Of a stretch of 64,000 nt of DNA, positions 48,614 through 58,820 are shown piece by piece; positions within the stretch are counted from its first letter, which is position 1; the number at the start of each line of letters is the position of its first letter. The stretch is from an uncultured Verrucomicrobiae bacterium (GTDB taxonomy: Bacteria > Verrucomicrobiota > Verrucomicrobiia > Limisphaerales > JAFGQR01). The position numbers were made by a program, and so were the translations under genes. The notes below the pieces were generated by a model, which made no database searches, was not told where the DNA came from, and worked only from the letters and a program-made list of their open reading frames with translations. The DNA lies in assembly GCA_963788655.1 (NCBI GenBank), contig CAWBHS010000087.1:128001-192000 (forward strand), read 5' to 3'.

Positions 48614-51600
48614 ATGAAAGGTAGCCTGATCTTCGTGCTGACCCTGGCATTGTTTGCCGATACGTACCTTGCTCCTGCACAGGTAACGAACCTTCTGGTG
48701 GAAGATAGTTTTGACGGTTTAGCGGGAACCCTTCCCGAAGCCGACAAGTTTGAATGGGGCGGCCAAATCGGCGCTGAACGGTTCCAGTCAACTCGCACTT
48801 TCCACCGATACGGCCAACCGATCCTGGGTGCTTTCCAAAGCCGGGGCGGCACACCGGGCGAGGGCCAAACGCTGGTTCTGCATATACGGGCTTACGCCTA
48901 CGCGGAGAATTGGAATCCAGGCGTGTATGGCGACAAACAACCGCGCGGCTTGCGGGTGGGAAGCGATGCGAACAACGCCATTGAATTCTACTCACTCTCC
49001 CGCACCAGCCTTGGCTTGCGCACGAGCAAAGACGGAATTGAATCCCTGGCGTCCTTCGCCCTGCCATCCGGGGTGGATTCGATGCATGATTACGAAATTT
49101 CCGTGACCACCACGTCGGTAAATTTTCGGGTGGATGGCGTGTTGGCGGGGACGTTAACTGATAACATCCCGACGGGGGTGCTGAACGCGCATGTTGCCAC
49201 CTATGACGGCGGCGCGGGGAACGTGCCCGTTACCCTGGACCGCCTCTCGCTGTTTCTCGCTGGCAGTCCGGTGGCAAAACCTCCGGCGATCAAAGGCTTT
49301 GCGCCAACGCACGGTGCGGTCGGGGCGAGCATCGCCATTACCGGCACAAATTTCAATGGCATCACCGCAGTTCGTGTTGGTGACGTGGAGGCCGCATTTG
49401 CCCACGACTCGGCGTCGCTGATCACTGCGGTGGTGCCGGCCACGGCGACCACGGGTTTGATCACCGTCGTTTCAACGAATGGCACCGCTGTCAGTTCAAG
49501 TAACTTCGTGGTGGACGTCCTGGATTTTACATACACGACCGACAACGATACTGTTACCATCACCGGCTACACTGGTTCCGGCGGGGCTGTGACCATCCCG
49601 AGGGCGATCAATGATTTGCCAGTCACTAGCATCGTGGGGTATTTCGGTCCGCAATGGCAAAACGTGACCGGCATCACGATTCCCGACACGGTCACCAACA
49701 TTGGAGATTATGCTTTTTATGGATGCACGACCCTGACCAACGTCGTCATCCCCGAGAGCGTGATCAGCCTGCGAGAGGCGGCGTTTGCCAACTGCAGCCG
49801 TCTGCCGGGCGTCACCATTCCCAACCATGTCACCAGTATCGGCGATAGTGCATTCCTTCGCTGTGTGAGCCTGACCAACGTCACGATCCCCGACAGTGTC
49901 GTGAGCCTTGGCTTCCAATCGTTCCAGGAATGCAGTGGCCTGGCTCAAATCACGTTCGGAACCAACCTGGCCAGTATCGGAAATGTGGCGTTCAATCAAT
50001 GCCCCCGTCTAACCACCGTGCTGATCCCTGCCAGCGTCACCAACCTCGGGAATTATGCGTTCATGTCGTGCTATAATCTGCGCGGATCCTTTTTCGAAGG
50101 CGACGCCCCCGCAGGGGCAGGGATGGCGTTCCTCAATGATAACCAGGCCACGGTTTACTACCTGCCAACGACGACGGGATGGAGCGCGAACTATGGCAGT
50201 CGCCCGACCACATTATGGCCGGCCCCGGTGATCACGAGTTTCTTGCCAACTATCGGAGCGGTCGGCACGAGCATCACCATCAACGGTACATACTTTACCA
50301 CCGTCACGGCCGTTCAGTTCAGCGGCGTGGTCGCAGCGTTTGCGGTTGTCTCGGACACACAGATTGTCGCCACGGTCCCGGGTAACGGGGTTTCCGGTTC
50401 GATCACCATTTCCAATCCCGGCGGGGCGGCTGTCGGTGCCACTCCGTTTATTGTTCCTACGCTCATCGCCACAAGCGATGAAGCGAGTCTGGATGCCGCC
50501 GTGTCGAACCATATCGGGGTCGGGCTTTTTACCTGCGATGGGACGATTGAAGTTTCGACGACCAAGGTGATTTCGTCGGACCTCACGCTGGATGCGGCCG
50601 GCCACCGCATCACGATCAGCGGCGGCAACGCCATGCGGGTGTTCAGTGTCGATCCTGGGGTTCATTTAAACTTACAAAACTTGACCATTGCCAACGGCCA
50701 GGGCACCTCGCTGGGCGGCGGAATTTACAATAACGGCGGCATCGTGACGCTCGTGGACTGCACCCTCACCAACAACACCGTCGTCGGCACGGCTGATGGA
50801 GGTCACAGTCTGGGCGGAGCTATCGGTAACACCAACGGATGGTTGGTCCTGAGCAATTGCACCTTCGCCTACAACCGCGCGGTCGGTGGCATCGGCTCTC
50901 CCGGGCCGACTGGCGGCGGGACCGGACGCAGTGGTGGCTACGGCCAGGGTGGGGCGATTGGTAATGCCGATGGCACGGTCGAGATGGTCAACTGCACCTT
51001 CGCTGGTAACCAGGCGATTGGAGGAGCCGGTGGGACTGGCGGACGCGGGGCCAATGGTTATCAATACTGGGTGTCAGTCCCGTGGCCGGGCACCGGATAT
51101 TACGCCACGGTCCCCGGCGGTCCGGGCGGGCACGGTGGCAACGGTGGCAACGGGGTTGGCGGCTCGTTGCGAAACAATGGCGGTACAATGACGATGGTCA
51201 ACGTGACTCTGGCCCGCGGTTCAGTGGTTGGGGGCACCGGCGGTTCACCGGGTGCTCCCGGCGATTTTGGCACTGGCAACTATGGGCCAGGAACTTCCGG
51301 CTACAACAGTTCGGGCGGCAACCTTAGTGTTGGTTCGGGAAGCGTAATATCGAAGAACACGATTATTGCTTATGGCAGCGGCAACTCCGGATACAATTGC
51401 TCGGGAACCATGGTTGATGACGGGAACAACCTCTGTTCGGATGCGACCGCCAATTTTTCCAAAGCCAGCAGCTTGAACAATGTGGACCCCCTCCTGGCGG
51501 CTGAGTTGGCGGCCAACGGCGGTTCGACCCTGACTCTCGCCCTTTTGAGTGCTAGCCCGGCCATCAATGCCGCTGACGATGCGGTGGCCCCAACTGCCGA

Positions 51601-52031
51601 CCAGTGCCACCTGCCACGCGCCGGTCTGAGTGATATTGGCGCTTTCGAATTTCAAAGCCCGGCGTCGGCTATCTCGTATGCCTGGCTGCAATACTACGAC
51701 CTCGCCACGGACGGGTCGGCAGACCAGAACGATTCTGATTTGGACGGCATGAACAATCTGAGGGAATGGCTGGCCGGCACCTGTCCGACCAACGCGATGT
51801 CGTGTCTCATGATGTTATCTCCGACCGCGACCGAGTCGGGAGTCGTAGTGCGCTGGGCCAGTGAAACCGGCAAGCGGTACTGCAGTCCAACGCAGCACCA
51901 CCCTCGGTGCCACAGCGTCGTTCTCTACGTTGACGAGCAACATCGTTGGACAACCCGGCACCACAACTTACCTCGACACCAACGCCGTTGGTTCCGGGCC
52001 TTGCTTCTATCGCATAACCATCCAGCCATAA
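48614..52031 (+). CDS. secreted surface protein: IPT/TIG domains, BspA-type leucine-rich repeats, Gly-rich beta-helix, C-terminal FYR domain (frameshifts near 48768/48850 and 51884)
   Basis: Signal peptide; IPxSVTxIGxxAFxxC repeats; DPLL..LA.NGG.T.T.ALL..SPAI.A..DIGAFE; corrected frame ends GPCFYRITIQP at TAA 52029-52031. Confidence 0.88.
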
Positions 52032-52110
52032 CCTTGGTTCAGCGGCATCAATGATGCCGTCGTCCGTTACCCGCGGACGCTCCGCGAAACAATGTCGAAC
52101 AGTGAACCTG

Positions 52111-52284
52111 TCATTTTAATAGCTCGGCATCTTCCAGAAAGGTTTTGAACTTGAGCGCATCCAACCGACGCTTTTCGGTGTCGTCCAGGACGGAGAGTTC
52201 CGGGAAGCCCAAGGCCTCGGACACGGCGGCGCCCCCCGTCAGAGATCGGGTCACCGAGGTGATTCTGAATATCTGGTTCGGCAT
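52111..52284 (-). CDS. small hypothetical protein or gene remnant (57 aa)
   Basis: ATG..TGA ORF MPNQIFRITS...KRRLDALKFKTFLEDAELLK with protein-like composition; below the ORF-track cutoff. Confidence 0.35.
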   Translation of the reverse strand: MPNQIFRITSVTRSLTGGAAVSEALGFPELSVLDDTEKRRLDALKFKTFLEDAELLK

Positions 52285-52376
52285 GGCGTCGTTGTAACGC
52301 TGCGGAAATTAGCAGCGTCGAGGGGTGGTGAGAATTGGGGCAAGAAGCGTTTCCGAAACGACGGGATGATTCGACG

Positions 52377-52413
52377 AAAGCAAAAGGAAACCGGACTTGC
52401 GTCCGGTTTCCTT
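52377..52413 (-). terminator. rho-independent terminator
   Basis: Minus strand: GGAAACCGGAC-GCAA-GTCCGGTTTCC followed by TTTTGCTTT, 40 bp after the stop at 52454. Confidence 0.85.
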
Positions 52414-52453
52414 GCCCTATCCGTTAAACCGCTGGGTGGTGGCCCAGATTCGA

Positions 52454-55400
52454 TTACGGGTTCTGCACCCGATAGAATTTCTTGGTGGCCAGCGGCCCGG
52501 GCACCGTGTAGGGCGTTCCGGGATCACCGAGCACCGGCGTGTAGGGGCCTTCCAAGTTGTCGGCTTCGTAGAGCCGGAAGCCCGTCGCGGGCGGCCACGC
52601 GAGGGAGACGTTACTGCCGTCCACGCGCGCGTCCACGCGCATTTCGAGCGCGGGCACGTGAATCCGAATCTTCGCCGCAAAGGCCAGATCGCTGCTGGTG
52701 AGGTTGACTTGGTGGACTTCGGCGGCCAAAACGTTGTCACCGCCATTCACCACGTTGGTGAGCGGCAACTCGTAGGGGCCTTCCCACCGATACTCACTGC
52801 CTTGCGACCGGTTGGCGAAGGTTTCCCAAGTGAGAGCGCCTTCCGCCATGCCCACGCGCCGGGCTTCCTCCCCGTTGAGGTAGAACACCGCCCCGTCGTC
52901 AAGAACCGGCACAATCTCCAATTGATAAGATTGCAGTTCCGCCAGTTCCGCCAAAGAGGGCGCGGTGAAGTGGGTGCGCACGTAATAAGTGATGTTGGTT
53001 GTCCACGTGAGTTCGTCCACGGTATTGGTCCACGCCATCATCGTGGCCGGCGGAACGTCGCACGCATCCGGATTGATGGGGTTATTGAAGCGCGCGGCCC
53101 ATAACAGCGCCGGACCTTCGGTCCAAATGGCGTCGTCATATCCCGCGCCGGTCCACGCCGTCCCCAGGTCCCGGCCGGTGTCCTCATACCTCCAACTGGC
53201 GTCCGCGGCCAGCAACGTGACTTCGAACGGCAGGAACAGCGTGGTGGGATTAGGATCCAGCACGTTGCGCCGGTAGGCGGCGTCCGTCAGGCCTCGAACG
53301 GTCAGCGTGAAATATTGCCACGCCGCCCGCGGGCTGGTGGTTAACCGGACGGTGTCGCCATTGTCGGCCAGGTCCGCGCCCACGATCTGAACGCTGTCGC
53401 CGCCAAACGAAGGAGTCACTTCATAGTTGGACAATTCAGCCACCGACAACGGATCAAGCGGTTTGGAGAAGTTCATCACGATAGTGGTGTCCGAAACACT
53501 TAGCGCGTCAAGCAACACCGGCGCGGTCGTGTCCGGGGTCACGGTCAACCCGGCGTTATCGGATTGCGCCTCGCTGGGCAGGTCGTTGCCAACCACGCAA
53601 TAGTAGGTGCCGTCATCCGTCTCGACTGCGCCCGTGATCGTGTAGCTGGGACCGGTTGCACCGGAAATCGCCTCGCCATCTTTATACCATTGGAAGGCGG
53701 GCTGGGTGCCGCTGACCGTTATGCTGAAGGTGACTTCTTCTCCTTCATTGATGGTGGTGCTGGCCGCGGGCTGGGTGATGATTTGCACCGGGTTGGTGGC
53801 GCCCGAGGGCGTGTAAGTGACCGTCAAAAGCGGACGGTTGGCAGCGGTCGCCGCTTCGGAGGAGGCAAAGCGCCAGCCGTCCGAAATCGTGTTGGTGAGG
53901 AACCAGCCATAATTGGCCTGCCCGCTGATCCAGGCCTGCACCGAGTCGGTCACATCAATGGTGATCGGCGTGTCAATGGTCGTGTCGAGCGTGGACGGCA
54001 CATTGGCAATGACGGCGGAAGCGGCCATCACGTCGTTGGCCACAATGCCGCCAGCCCACGGAGTGTTCCACGTGTCGGTGTCGTTCCACGGCTGGAGCAT
54101 GAGGTGCAGATCAATCGGCTCGCCCAAGTTCACCGTGAAGAACGTCAGGCGGGCGGATTGGATGGTCGCATCCAGCGGCACCTGGCCCAGCGCCCCGCCA
54201 AGGAGGTTGTCGAACCGCAGCAATCCGCTGGTCAGCGGACTGTCGCTGTCCACCAACACTTCTGCCAGTGTGGCGTAGGAAGTATCAGGCGTCGCTTGGT
54301 CCAAGTAAGTGTCCACCGTCCCCGCATAGTCGCCGACGCCTTGCTGGAAGGTGGCCACGCCGCCGACGATGACGGTATTCGGGGACAAGGGATTGTCAAA
54401 CAGGTCGGTCACGTTGGCAACCGTCAGCCGATAAACCTCTCCGGTCAGCGGCGTGTCCGTTTCCACGATGGCCTGCGTGTTGTCGGCCGCCAACTCCACG
54501 CTGGCGATGGCCACGCAGTTGGCTGCGTTGTAAGCATCGCAGATCTGGTAGTTGAGCGGATTCCCGGCTTCGGTCGCGTCCACAGCTTCCGAAAAGGTCA
54601 CCGTGATGGTGGTCAAATTTTCCGCCGGCACCGCCGACACCAACTGCGGATCGGTCGCGTCCGGCGTGACCGTCAGGGTAGCAGCGTCACTCTCGATCCG
54701 GACGTCCGCCGCGGCGACAACGCACCGGAACTGGAGACCGTTGTCCGCGGGATAGGCGGTCTGCGCCACCTGGTAGTTCTTGAAGACCGCGCCGGGAATG
54801 TTGGTGAAGTTAGCCCCGTCGTCGCTGCGCTGCCATTGATAGGCAATCGGCGCGCCGGTGCTGCTGGTGGCGTCCGCGCTGAAGCTGGCGCCATTGGGGT
54901 GTTCCGCCGTAGCCGAAACCGGGGACGTGACAATGTTCACGTCGCCCGCCAATCCGGGCGGGAGGCCGGGATAGCCAATGCTGTTGGCGTCCAACCATTG
55001 AAGATTGGCGGCGGGCACCGTCTGGCCTTCCAAGCGCGCGGCCACGACGAGGTAATCGCCCCCATTGCCTTCTTTATACAGGGCTTCCACCGCGTAGCCC
55101 TGACCCGCGATCAGGTCGAAGGGTGCGGAGGTCTTGTCCGACGGCGGCTCCAGGAAGGCCTCGCAACAGTTGGTGGCGAACGCCACCAACGTCAGACCCG
55201 CGGCGTCGGGACCGGCTGGATTGAACCACACTTCGGCGTCGTCATCACTGCTGAGAAACAGCCGCCATTTTCCGGTGAAGGGCGGAATGAACCAGCCGCG
55301 GACCCGGCCGCCGTAGTTGTTGCGGGCGGCATCGTCCGGCCCCACGGTGAAGACATTGGTGGGATTGAATTCGGTCAGGCCATAGATGGCATCCGGTTGG

Positions 55401-58339
55401 TCGGGGAAGGTGGGTTGGTCCGTGAGGTTGGTGATCGCATTGCCACCGCCCACGTCATATTTCTCGAACAACATGCCGCCGGCCTGGTTGAGCACCCAGG
55501 AACGGACGGGAAGGTCCACCGGGACCAGGCCGTTGCCCGCCAAATCGGCCGGGCCTGCCAAAAAGCTCACCGTATAGAGGGTGTCGGGCGTCAGCGGACC
55601 GCTGGTTTCCACGATGAGTGCCCAGCCGTCGTTGGTGGCGACGGCGGCGACGGCATGCAGGCCTCCACTGATTTCGTAGCTAAACTCATCGATGACCGTA
55701 CTCGCGTCCATCTGCTCGTCAAACTCCACAATGAAGCGGTCGAAGTTGGCGCCGGGAATGATCCGCGCCACCGTCGGCGGCACCACGTCGGCGTTCACCA
55801 CGACTTGCGCGACGCTGCTGGTTTCCTCGTGCAAGGTATTGCTCACCTCGACCACATAATCGCCCGCGTCGGCCATACTGGCACTGGCCACGGTGTAGGT
55901 GGCCGAAGTGGCGCCGTCGATGGGCGTCAACGTCTCGCCGGCCTTTCGATACCATTGATACAACGGGACGGTGCCGGTGGCCTGCACGCTCAGGCTGAAC
56001 GGACGGAATTCAGTCACTTCCGTCACGGCGGCCGGCGGTTGAGTGATGACGATGGGATTCACAAACACCGAAACCTCGGTGGCGGAACTGGTGAACGCAC
56101 TGATCTCGTTTTGAACTTGAACATAGTAACTGCCCGCGTCACTCAAGCTGGCGCTGGGCACCGAGTAGGTGGCCGCGGTGGCACCGTCGATGGGCGTGCC
56201 CGATCCCGGGGTGCCCTTGAACCATTGGAACTGCGGATCGGAACCCGTGACGGCAATGCTGAGGCTGAAGAGACTTTGTTCCTCCACGTCCAGCAGCGCC
56301 GGCGGTTGCTCGACGATGACCAACGGAACTGCCGGCCCGAGTTCCGCCAGCATGAAGACACTGAAGCCGTAAGCATACGTGTCCTGAATTGTGGTGGAAC
56401 CGCCGCCGGTCGTGGGCACCGGTGCGCCGACGCCCACCGCCGCGAGATAGTTGGAGCAAACAATGGAAAAGGACGTTCCATTCGGCACGATTTCATCCCA
56501 GCCGATCAGGTCGCCCGTGCGATTCTCGCCCGCGTTCCAGGCCGCCTGGGTGACCGGCGCCAGGTTATTCCCGTACGGCGCCCAGCCATTCGTGATGATG
56601 CCTGGCGAGGTGGGTCCGGTAACGTGCGCCGGCGTGGCCGCCAGAACTCCCGTCAAGGTGGCCAGCCCCCACCGGCCCGCGTAACCATTGCCGCGGATGG
56701 CGGTGCCCCGGAACGCATAGCGTCGGCCGGGAACAAGGTTGGTAAAGGTAAAGGTCACGTTGGCCGTGTATGGCGTCGAGCCAAAGTAGAGCGCACTGGC
56801 GTTCCAGTCGGTCTTGTCGCTGAAGAGCAAAGCGGCCGGCGAGCCGGCATCGGGAGCACCGGAATCGCCCGTGGTCCCATTGATTGAACCGCTGGGCACA
56901 ATCTCCACGCCCGAACTGGTCGGAGTCCCGTCCACAAAACTGACCAATGGCCCGCCGGCCCCTTCGGTGGTGGTGATGGAATAGGTGGTCACGGTGGCAG
57001 CGGTGCCGTCTCCGGCGTCATGGTCGTTAAACGCCCGCCACATCGTGCTGAGAATCTCGACCTCCGCCGTGTAGGCGTTCAATGGCGGGGTGCCCCATTG
57101 GTCGGTGACATTCTCCGTGATGGTCAGGATCCATTGTTGGCCGAGATCTTCGGGCATGGCGGTGGCGATCAAGACCCGGGTGTGTTCCGTTCCCGGAACA
57201 AACACAAAACGATCCGGATTGGCCGGGTCGGTACCCGAGAGCGCGAGTTGATCATCGGACGACTCATCGGTCACCAAATAGTCAGCAACCTCGAGGGCAG
57301 TATCGCCCATCGGCTTGCTGAAGGTCACCACAATGTTGGTATAGTTGGCCTGCCGTACGGCGGAAAGCACCGTCGGCGGCACCACGTCCACGGTCAGGGT
57401 AGCGTTGCTGCTGGTGATGGTATTGATGGGGTTGCTAAGCTCGACTTGATATTGGCCATTATCGGCCGTCGTGGCTCGGGCAATTGTGTAATTCTCCAAG
57501 GTCGCTCCCGAAATCGGCGCTCCATCCTTGAACCATTGATAAGCAAACGGCGGCGATCCCGCAGGCTCCGATGTGAGCGTCACCGAATGGAACTCGGCAA
57601 CGGTGGTGCTGGCCGGCTCGACGACGAAACTGGCCGGTTCACTGGTGATATCCACTGCAAAATTATCGATCGAGTAGGCGCCTTCAGTGGTGGCGTCACC
57701 GGTGGAGGTACCGCCGGGGCCGTTATCATCCGCCCAGAGGAGGTACAGCGTGGCGCCGTCAGCCCACGAACCCAGCGACAATCCCGCGGTCAACCGCTGG
57801 GCCCCGCTCTCAATGGTGAACGTGGAGAACTCCGGGATCAATTGCCAGCTTCCGGGCTCTCCCGTCAGGCTGAAGAAAGCCCGTTGGCCAAAAATGTGTT
57901 CACCAATCGGCTGCGCGGTGCCCTGGTCCAATTGGTTCCAATCATAGGACACCGTGAGCCAGGCCAAGCTGCCCCCGGTGTTGTTCACCAAGGTCGCCAT
58001 CAGGAGCGCGTAGGCATTGCCGGTCGAGCGGGTTTGGAGAAACAAACCGGACGTGTTCCAGCGTCCCAGAGCATTCGCCGACGGCGGCATCGTGCTGCTC
58101 GAGGGGAGGGTCGTTGTGATGGCGCTGGCGGAGGCGTTGGCAACCACCGCCGCATCCAACGCGGCCGCCGTAGTAAAATCGCCGCCGCCCCCCGCGACTG
58201 ACAAGGTGGACCAATCGGCCACGGCGGGTTGAGTGTCAAAGGTCAAGGGGATGCTGCCTGATTCCACTGAGACGGCTCCCGAGGCGTTCGCGGCCCACAG
58301 GGTTCCGATTGCCAACCAGGCAAAGAATTGCGTTTTCAT
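52454..58339 (-). CDS. large secreted multidomain protein (1961 aa): Ig, SbsA-Ig-like, PA14-like, DNRLRE-like and carbohydrate-binding-like domains, C-terminal FYR domain
   Basis: Signal peptide; repeated YQW(F/Y)K..I.GAT..Y..D.G.Y; NYGGRVRGWFIPP.TG..LSSDD; ends KKFYRVQNP. Confidence 0.92.
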   Translation of the reverse strand: MKTQFFAWLAIGTLWAANASGAVSVESGSIPLTFDTQPAVADWSTLSVAGGGGDFTTAAALDAAVVANASASAITTTLPSSSTMPPSANALGRWNTSGLFLQTRSTGNAYALLMATLVNNTGGSLAWLTVSYDWNQLDQGTAQPIGEHIFGQRAFFSLTGEPGSWQLIPEFSTFTIESGAQRLTAGLSLGSWADGATLYLLWADDNGPGGTSTGDATTEGAYSIDNFAVDITSEPASFVVEPASTTVAEFHSVTLTSEPAGSPPFAYQWFKDGAPISGATLENYTIARATTADNGQYQVELSNPINTITSSNATLTVDVVPPTVLSAVRQANYTNIVVTFSKPMGDTALEVADYLVTDESSDDQLALSGTDPANPDRFVFVPGTEHTRVLIATAMPEDLGQQWILTITENVTDQWGTPPLNAYTAEVEILSTMWRAFNDHDAGDGTAATVTTYSITTTEGAGGPLVSFVDGTPTSSGVEIVPSGSINGTTGDSGAPDAGSPAALLFSDKTDWNASALYFGSTPYTANVTFTFTNLVPGRRYAFRGTAIRGNGYAGRWGLATLTGVLAATPAHVTGPTSPGIITNGWAPYGNNLAPVTQAAWNAGENRTGDLIGWDEIVPNGTSFSIVCSNYLAAVGVGAPVPTTGGGSTTIQDTYAYGFSVFMLAELGPAVPLVIVEQPPALLDVEEQSLFSLSIAVTGSDPQFQWFKGTPGSGTPIDGATAATYSVPSASLSDAGSYYVQVQNEISAFTSSATEVSVFVNPIVITQPPAAVTEVTEFRPFSLSVQATGTVPLYQWYRKAGETLTPIDGATSATYTVASASMADAGDYVVEVSNTLHEETSSVAQVVVNADVVPPTVARIIPGANFDRFIVEFDEQMDASTVIDEFSYEISGGLHAVAAVATNDGWALIVETSGPLTPDTLYTVSFLAGPADLAGNGLVPVDLPVRSWVLNQAGGMLFEKYDVGGGNAITNLTDQPTFPDQPDAIYGLTEFNPTNVFTVGPDDAARNNYGGRVRGWFIPPFTGKWRLFLSSDDDAEVWFNPAGPDAAGLTLVAFATNCCEAFLEPPSDKTSAPFDLIAGQGYAVEALYKEGNGGDYLVVAARLEGQTVPAANLQWLDANSIGYPGLPPGLAGDVNIVTSPVSATAEHPNGASFSADATSSTGAPIAYQWQRSDDGANFTNIPGAVFKNYQVAQTAYPADNGLQFRCVVAAADVRIESDAATLTVTPDATDPQLVSAVPAENLTTITVTFSEAVDATEAGNPLNYQICDAYNAANCVAIASVELAADNTQAIVETDTPLTGEVYRLTVANVTDLFDNPLSPNTVIVGGVATFQQGVGDYAGTVDTYLDQATPDTSYATLAEVLVDSDSPLTSGLLRFDNLLGGALGQVPLDATIQSARLTFFTVNLGEPIDLHLMLQPWNDTDTWNTPWAGGIVANDVMAASAVIANVPSTLDTTIDTPITIDVTDSVQAWISGQANYGWFLTNTISDGWRFASSEAATAANRPLLTVTYTPSGATNPVQIITQPAASTTINEGEEVTFSITVSGTQPAFQWYKDGEAISGATGPSYTITGAVETDDGTYYCVVGNDLPSEAQSDNAGLTVTPDTTAPVLLDALSVSDTTIVMNFSKPLDPLSVAELSNYEVTPSFGGDSVQIVGADLADNGDTVRLTTSPRAAWQYFTLTVRGLTDAAYRRNVLDPNPTTLFLPFEVTLLAADASWRYEDTGRDLGTAWTGAGYDDAIWTEGPALLWAARFNNPINPDACDVPPATMMAWTNTVDELTWTTNITYYVRTHFTAPSLAELAELQSYQLEIVPVLDDGAVFYLNGEEARRVGMAEGALTWETFANRSQGSEYRWEGPYELPLTNVVNGGDNVLAAEVHQVNLTSSDLAFAAKIRIHVPALEMRVDARVDGSNVSLAWPPATGFRLYEADNLEGPYTPVLGDPGTPYTVPGPLATKKFYRVQNP

Positions 58340-58820
58340 AGGGTAAACTGGATTCGAATTGCAGATGGATCGCTCGGCTTCGCGAACAGAAATGCCGTTA
58401 TCCGTTAGACCCGAGCGGCGGCATTGGTCCTCGGCTGAGGATCGCCGGCGCAGAATAGGGTGCAGGGGAACTGACGGGGTTCGCCGATGCTGACGACGCG
58501 TTATATGGTGCTACTTGGTTGACTACCCCCTGGGCAGCGTGGGTGGTAATGACCACTTCGGGCATACCAATACGCAGTGACAACAGCGCCCCACAACGAC
58601 AGATTGATAGTCAGGTTTGACTTTGAGTGCGAGGCAGTGAACCACGTCACCTTGTCGAAAGCAATAGCTAATTGCAATAAACTTTAACCAGTATTGATGC
58701 TTCTTAACGGAATAACTCCCTTGGCGATGAAATCCTGGTTTCCGGCCGCCTGGAATTCAACAAACCGGTCAGGGATGGGCCTGCTAATACGCCACTGTGA
58801 TCAGGGATTTGACGGGGAAT

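Noticed and set aside
53564..56887. 1107-aa plus-strand ORF (also 9032-10267, 22196-23656, 29597-30973)
   Set aside because: Antisense shadows of real GC-rich genes, with no recognisable domains.
58637..58650. CRP-like box GTGA-N6-TCAC upstream of 52454-58339
   Set aside because: Only 8 specified bases, so about one match is expected by chance in 64 kb; outer consensus bases are missing.
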